Made by a program: the position numbers and the translations under genes. Below, piece after piece: positions 61,367 to 64,000 of a DNA stretch of 64,000 nt; the first letter of the stretch is position 1, and each line of letters opens with the position of its first letter. This stretch comes from Candidatus Latescibacterota bacterium (GTDB lineage: Bacteria > Latescibacterota > UBA2968 > UBA8231): the NCBI GenBank assembly GCA_965248355.1, contig OZ252098.1, positions 3,648,001 through 3,712,000 of the forward strand, written 5' to 3'. A model generated the notes under the pieces. The model did no database searches, was not told the DNA's origin, and was given only the letters and a program-made list of their open reading frames with translations.

Positions 61367-62649
61367 GGGATCAGCCTCCCCACGTCATCGCCGCTGGACA
61401 GACACAAGGACCGCAGCCGCTCGCGGCAGGCGGCCAGCTCGCCGCCGAAGCGCGCCTCCACGGCGAGGTTCACCATCTCTCCGGGGTCCGAGGCCAGGTC
61501 GACGAGCTGCTCCCGGCCGCGCCCGAGGGCGTAGACACTGTACTTGTAGCGTTCCCCCACCAGGGCCCGGGCCAGCGCCGGTCCGCCGGGGCCGTCGCCG
61601 ATGCCGGTGATCGTCTCCACCACCAGGTCCTGCCGCCAGTCCGCGGGCGGCTCGCCCGCCAGCAGGGGCATCAGGCTGCGTCCCGGCAGGTCCGCCGGAG
61701 CCGCGGCACCGGCGGCCTCGCAGATCGTCGGCAGCAGGTCGAGTCCGTTGGAGACCAGCCCCTCCTCTACCCGGCCGGCCCCCTGCACGCCGGGACCGCA
61801 AGCCAGCAGCGGAATGCGGATCACCTCTTCCCACAAGGCCGTCTTGCCGTTCCAGCGGTGGGCGCCGTGGCCTTCGCCGTGGTCGGAGGTGAGCAGGATC
61901 AGGGTGTCGTCCCACCGGCCGGCGTCGCGCACCGCGTCGAGCAGGCGGCCCACCTCGGCGTCCACCTTCTCCACGATGCGGAAGTACTGATGCCGGAAGC
62001 GCCTCCACTCCTCCGCCGAGTAGCCGGCCGCCGCATAGATCCGCGGACTGGGGCCCCGCACCAGGCTCAGGATCTCCGGGCCGTACGGCGGCTCCTCGAA
62101 GTTGGCCGGCAGGTTGGGGCATTCGGCCAGCGAAGCCGGCTCCGGCACCGGTCCCTGTGGCAGCGGCTGCGAGCGCGCCAACTGGCAGACGTCGTGGGGA
62201 TTCAGGAAGGAGGCGAAGAGGAAGAAGGGGCCCTCGCCGGACCGCAGGAACCCGGCCGACGCCTCGGGGATCTCGTCGTCCCGGGGCCCGCACAGCACCT
62301 CCAGGCCGGCCTCCCGAGGCGTGATGCCGGGGACGTGCCACTTTCCGGCCAGGGCGCAGCGGTACCCGGCGTCTCCCAGCAGGCGGCCCAGCGTCTGCCC
62401 GTGCAGGGCCTCCCGCAGCGGGTCGTGGTTGCTGATGACGCCCGTATCGTGCGGCATGCGGCCGGTGACGTAGCTCGACCGCGCCGGCGCGCACAGGGGA
62501 TGCGTGCAGTAGGCCCGCGAGAACCGCAACCCACCGGCCGCCAGGCGGTCCATGTTGGGCGTGGACAGGTCCCCGTTGCCGGCGCAGCTCATGGCCGAGG
62601 CGGACTGCTGATCGGTGCTGATCAGCAGGATATTGGGTCGCTCCTTCAA
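61363..62649 (-). CDS. Sulfatase (Cys-type formylglycine)
   Basis: RPNILLISTDQQ, TPNMDRLA, CAPAR (CxPxR), GKWH, TSDHGE, DPGEMVNLA. TTG start. Confidence 0.92.
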   Translation of the reverse strand: MKERPNILLISTDQQSASAMSCAGNGDLSTPNMDRLAAGGLRFSRAYCTHPLCAPARSSYVTGRMPHDTGVISNHDPLREALHGQTLGRLLGDAGYRCALAGKWHVPGITPREAGLEVLCGPRDDEIPEASAGFLRSGEGPFFLFASFLNPHDVCQLARSQPLPQGPVPEPASLAECPNLPANFEEPPYGPEILSLVRGPSPRIYAAAGYSAEEWRRFRHQYFRIVEKVDAEVGRLLDAVRDAGRWDDTLILLTSDHGEGHGAHRWNGKTALWEEVIRIPLLACGPGVQGAGRVEEGLVSNGLDLLPTICEAAGAAAPADLPGRSLMPLLAGEPPADWRQDLVVETITGIGDGPGGPALARALVGERYKYSVYALGRGREQLVDLASDPGEMVNLAVEARFGGELAACRERLRSLCLSSGDDVGRLIP

Positions 62650-63161
62650 GCGACGCCGACGCTCTTCAGGTGGTCCACGCAGCGGGCTACCTTGGCCGCA
62701 AGGTCGTCCGGGTCCCCGCGCCCGAAGACGGGCCCTTCCAGCTCCATGCAGCAGGCGGACTCGTACCCGGCCTGACCGAGGACCTCGTAGACCTTGGCGA
62801 AGTCGACCACGCCCTCGCCGAAGACCGGGAAGTCGTGGTCGTGGTAGCCGCCGCTGGTGTCCTTCAGGTGCACGCCGCGCACGTGGGAGATGCACCGGCG
62901 GAGCTGGTCGATGGTGTCGATGCCGTGGTTGTAGTAGTAGAACATGTACTCGGCGCCCAGGTCGGCTGCCACCGCCGCCTGCCCGGCCATCCGTTCCGGC
63001 AGGCCGTCGTCCTCCAGCGGACAGAGCACGCCCAGCGAGGTCACCCGCAGGCCGTCGCTCCAGGCGATCTCCACGCCCTGCACGCCGGTCTCCGCGATGC
63101 GCCCCCAGGGCAGGCTCGGGTCGCCGAAGGTCCCGGCTCGGTATGAAAGCAGGTTGCTCAC
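62646..63161 (-). pseudogene. Sugar-phosphate isomerase/epimerase (AP-endonuclease TIM barrel) with in-frame internal deletions
   Basis: Only 171 aa. VHLKD, GEGVVDF and MELEG are kept, but the central E and D-x-x-N motifs are missing at the junction GAEYMF|YYYNHG. Confidence 0.6.
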
Positions 63162-63304
63162 GATCTCCCTCCCTCTCTTTTCTTCGGGCCCCCATCCTGC
63201 CCGGCGAGGGCAAAGAAGCGCCGCCGCCCTCCCGTCCACAACCCGCCTTGCCGCCGCTGGCGTCGACGGGTTTCCTTTTGCGTCACCCTTGCGGAGGAGT
63301 ATCG

Positions 63305-63397
63305 ATGGCCGTCATCGTGATCGTCGAGTGTCACGCGGACCCCGGGGGCCCCGGGAAGCCGCGCGGCCGGTCCCTGGACCTGGTGGAACCCCGATGA
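63305..63397 (+). pseudogene. 30-codon mini-ORF, possibly a collapsed ABM/quinol-monooxygenase gene
   Basis: Strong RBS GGAGGAG. MAVIVIVECHADPG|GPGKPRGRSLDLVEPR. ATGA overlap with the next gene. Confidence 0.4.
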
Positions 63398-64000
63398 GCC
63401 CTCTCGACGCCGGACAGATCGAGCGCTTCAAGCGCCAGGGATTCCTCGTCCTGGAGGGGCTGATCGACCCCGGAACGCTGTCCGCCTGGCGTGACCAGTT
63501 CTGGTCCCACGTCGGCGCCGACCGCACCGACCCGGCCACTTGGCCGGAGGACTACGTGATCCGCGACTTCGCCGTCGACCCGCCCTTCGGGCAGCTGCCC
63601 GGGATGAGGTCGATCATCGAGCAGCTTGGCGGCGGTATGTTCGGAGGCGGAGGCGGGTCGATGCTGGTGAAATGGCCGGGTCCGGAAGGCGCGGCCTGGA
63701 AGATGCCGGACTCCGGCCACATGGACGGCTACGGGCCGGGCGGCTGGAGCGGCGGCTTCATGCTCGGCGCCACCACCTACATGGACGACGTGGAACCCGG
63801 GGGCGGCGGCTTCGTCTACTGGCCCCGCAGCCACGAGCCGGTGCAGGCCTACTTCCGGGAACATCCGGAGCAGATCGACGGCAGCTTCCGCGACCGCGAC
63901 GACTGGGAGGAGCGGCAGTGGGGGTTGTTCTCGGACCAGTCTCCAGACCAGCCCGTCGAGTTCACCGGACGGGCGGGCGACGTCATCCTCTGGCACTGCT
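63394..64000 (+). CDS. PhyH-family dioxygenase, 3'-truncated
   Basis: LDAGQIERFKRQGFLVLEGL, GHMDG (HxD), GGGGFVYWPRSH, GRAGDVILWH. Runs off the window. Confidence 0.85.
   Translation, partial: MSPLDAGQIERFKRQGFLVLEGLIDPGTLSAWRDQFWSHVGADRTDPATWPEDYVIRDFAVDPPFGQLPGMRSIIEQLGGGMFGGGGGSMLVKWPGPEGAAWKMPDSGHMDGYGPGGWSGGFMLGATTYMDDVEPGGGGFVYWPRSHEPVQAYFREHPEQIDGSFRDRDDWEERQWGLFSDQSPDQPVEFTGRAGDVILWHC

Overview
High-GC bacterial chromosomal window. FlgD-Ig/T9SS-like C-terminal domains, a PorV-like gene, the futalosine menaquinone pathway and many PhyH, Gfo/Idh/MocA and sulfatase genes suggest an FCB-group organism such as Latescibacterota; this taxonomy is inference. It holds about 55 genes: secreted CTD proteins, a FecCD ABC pair, a TonB-dependent metal-uptake unit, a sigma54 two-component system beside ptsN-like and sigma70 genes, a menG-mqnE-mqnC-mqnA-mqnP-(xylonate dehydratase)-ubiX operon, rsmF-like, mrp, dksA-like, tolC, csp, hemF and sugar-acid/sulfatase catabolic clusters. 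The best candidate for an undescribed system is a His-rich, single-Cys, RAPP-terminated upstream ORF (10525-10836). It is followed by a structured leader containing an exact anti-Shine-Dalgarno and lies in front of a His-rich lipoprotein and a ZnuD-like TonB receptor, so it may be a non-copper, metal-sensing ribosome-stalling switch. Other notable signals: two sigma54 promoter consensus sites (one upstream of ptsN-sigma70, one orphan), a sugar-acid dehydratase coupled inside the menaquinone operon, a PhyH with HxH in place of HxD, a DksA-like protein with three CxxC motifs, an ABC-ATPase/TOPRIM gene with a remnant of a second one, and several genes collapsed by internal deletions. No rRNA, tRNA, CRISPR array or transposase was recognised. 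Family assignments come from motif recognition, not database searches.
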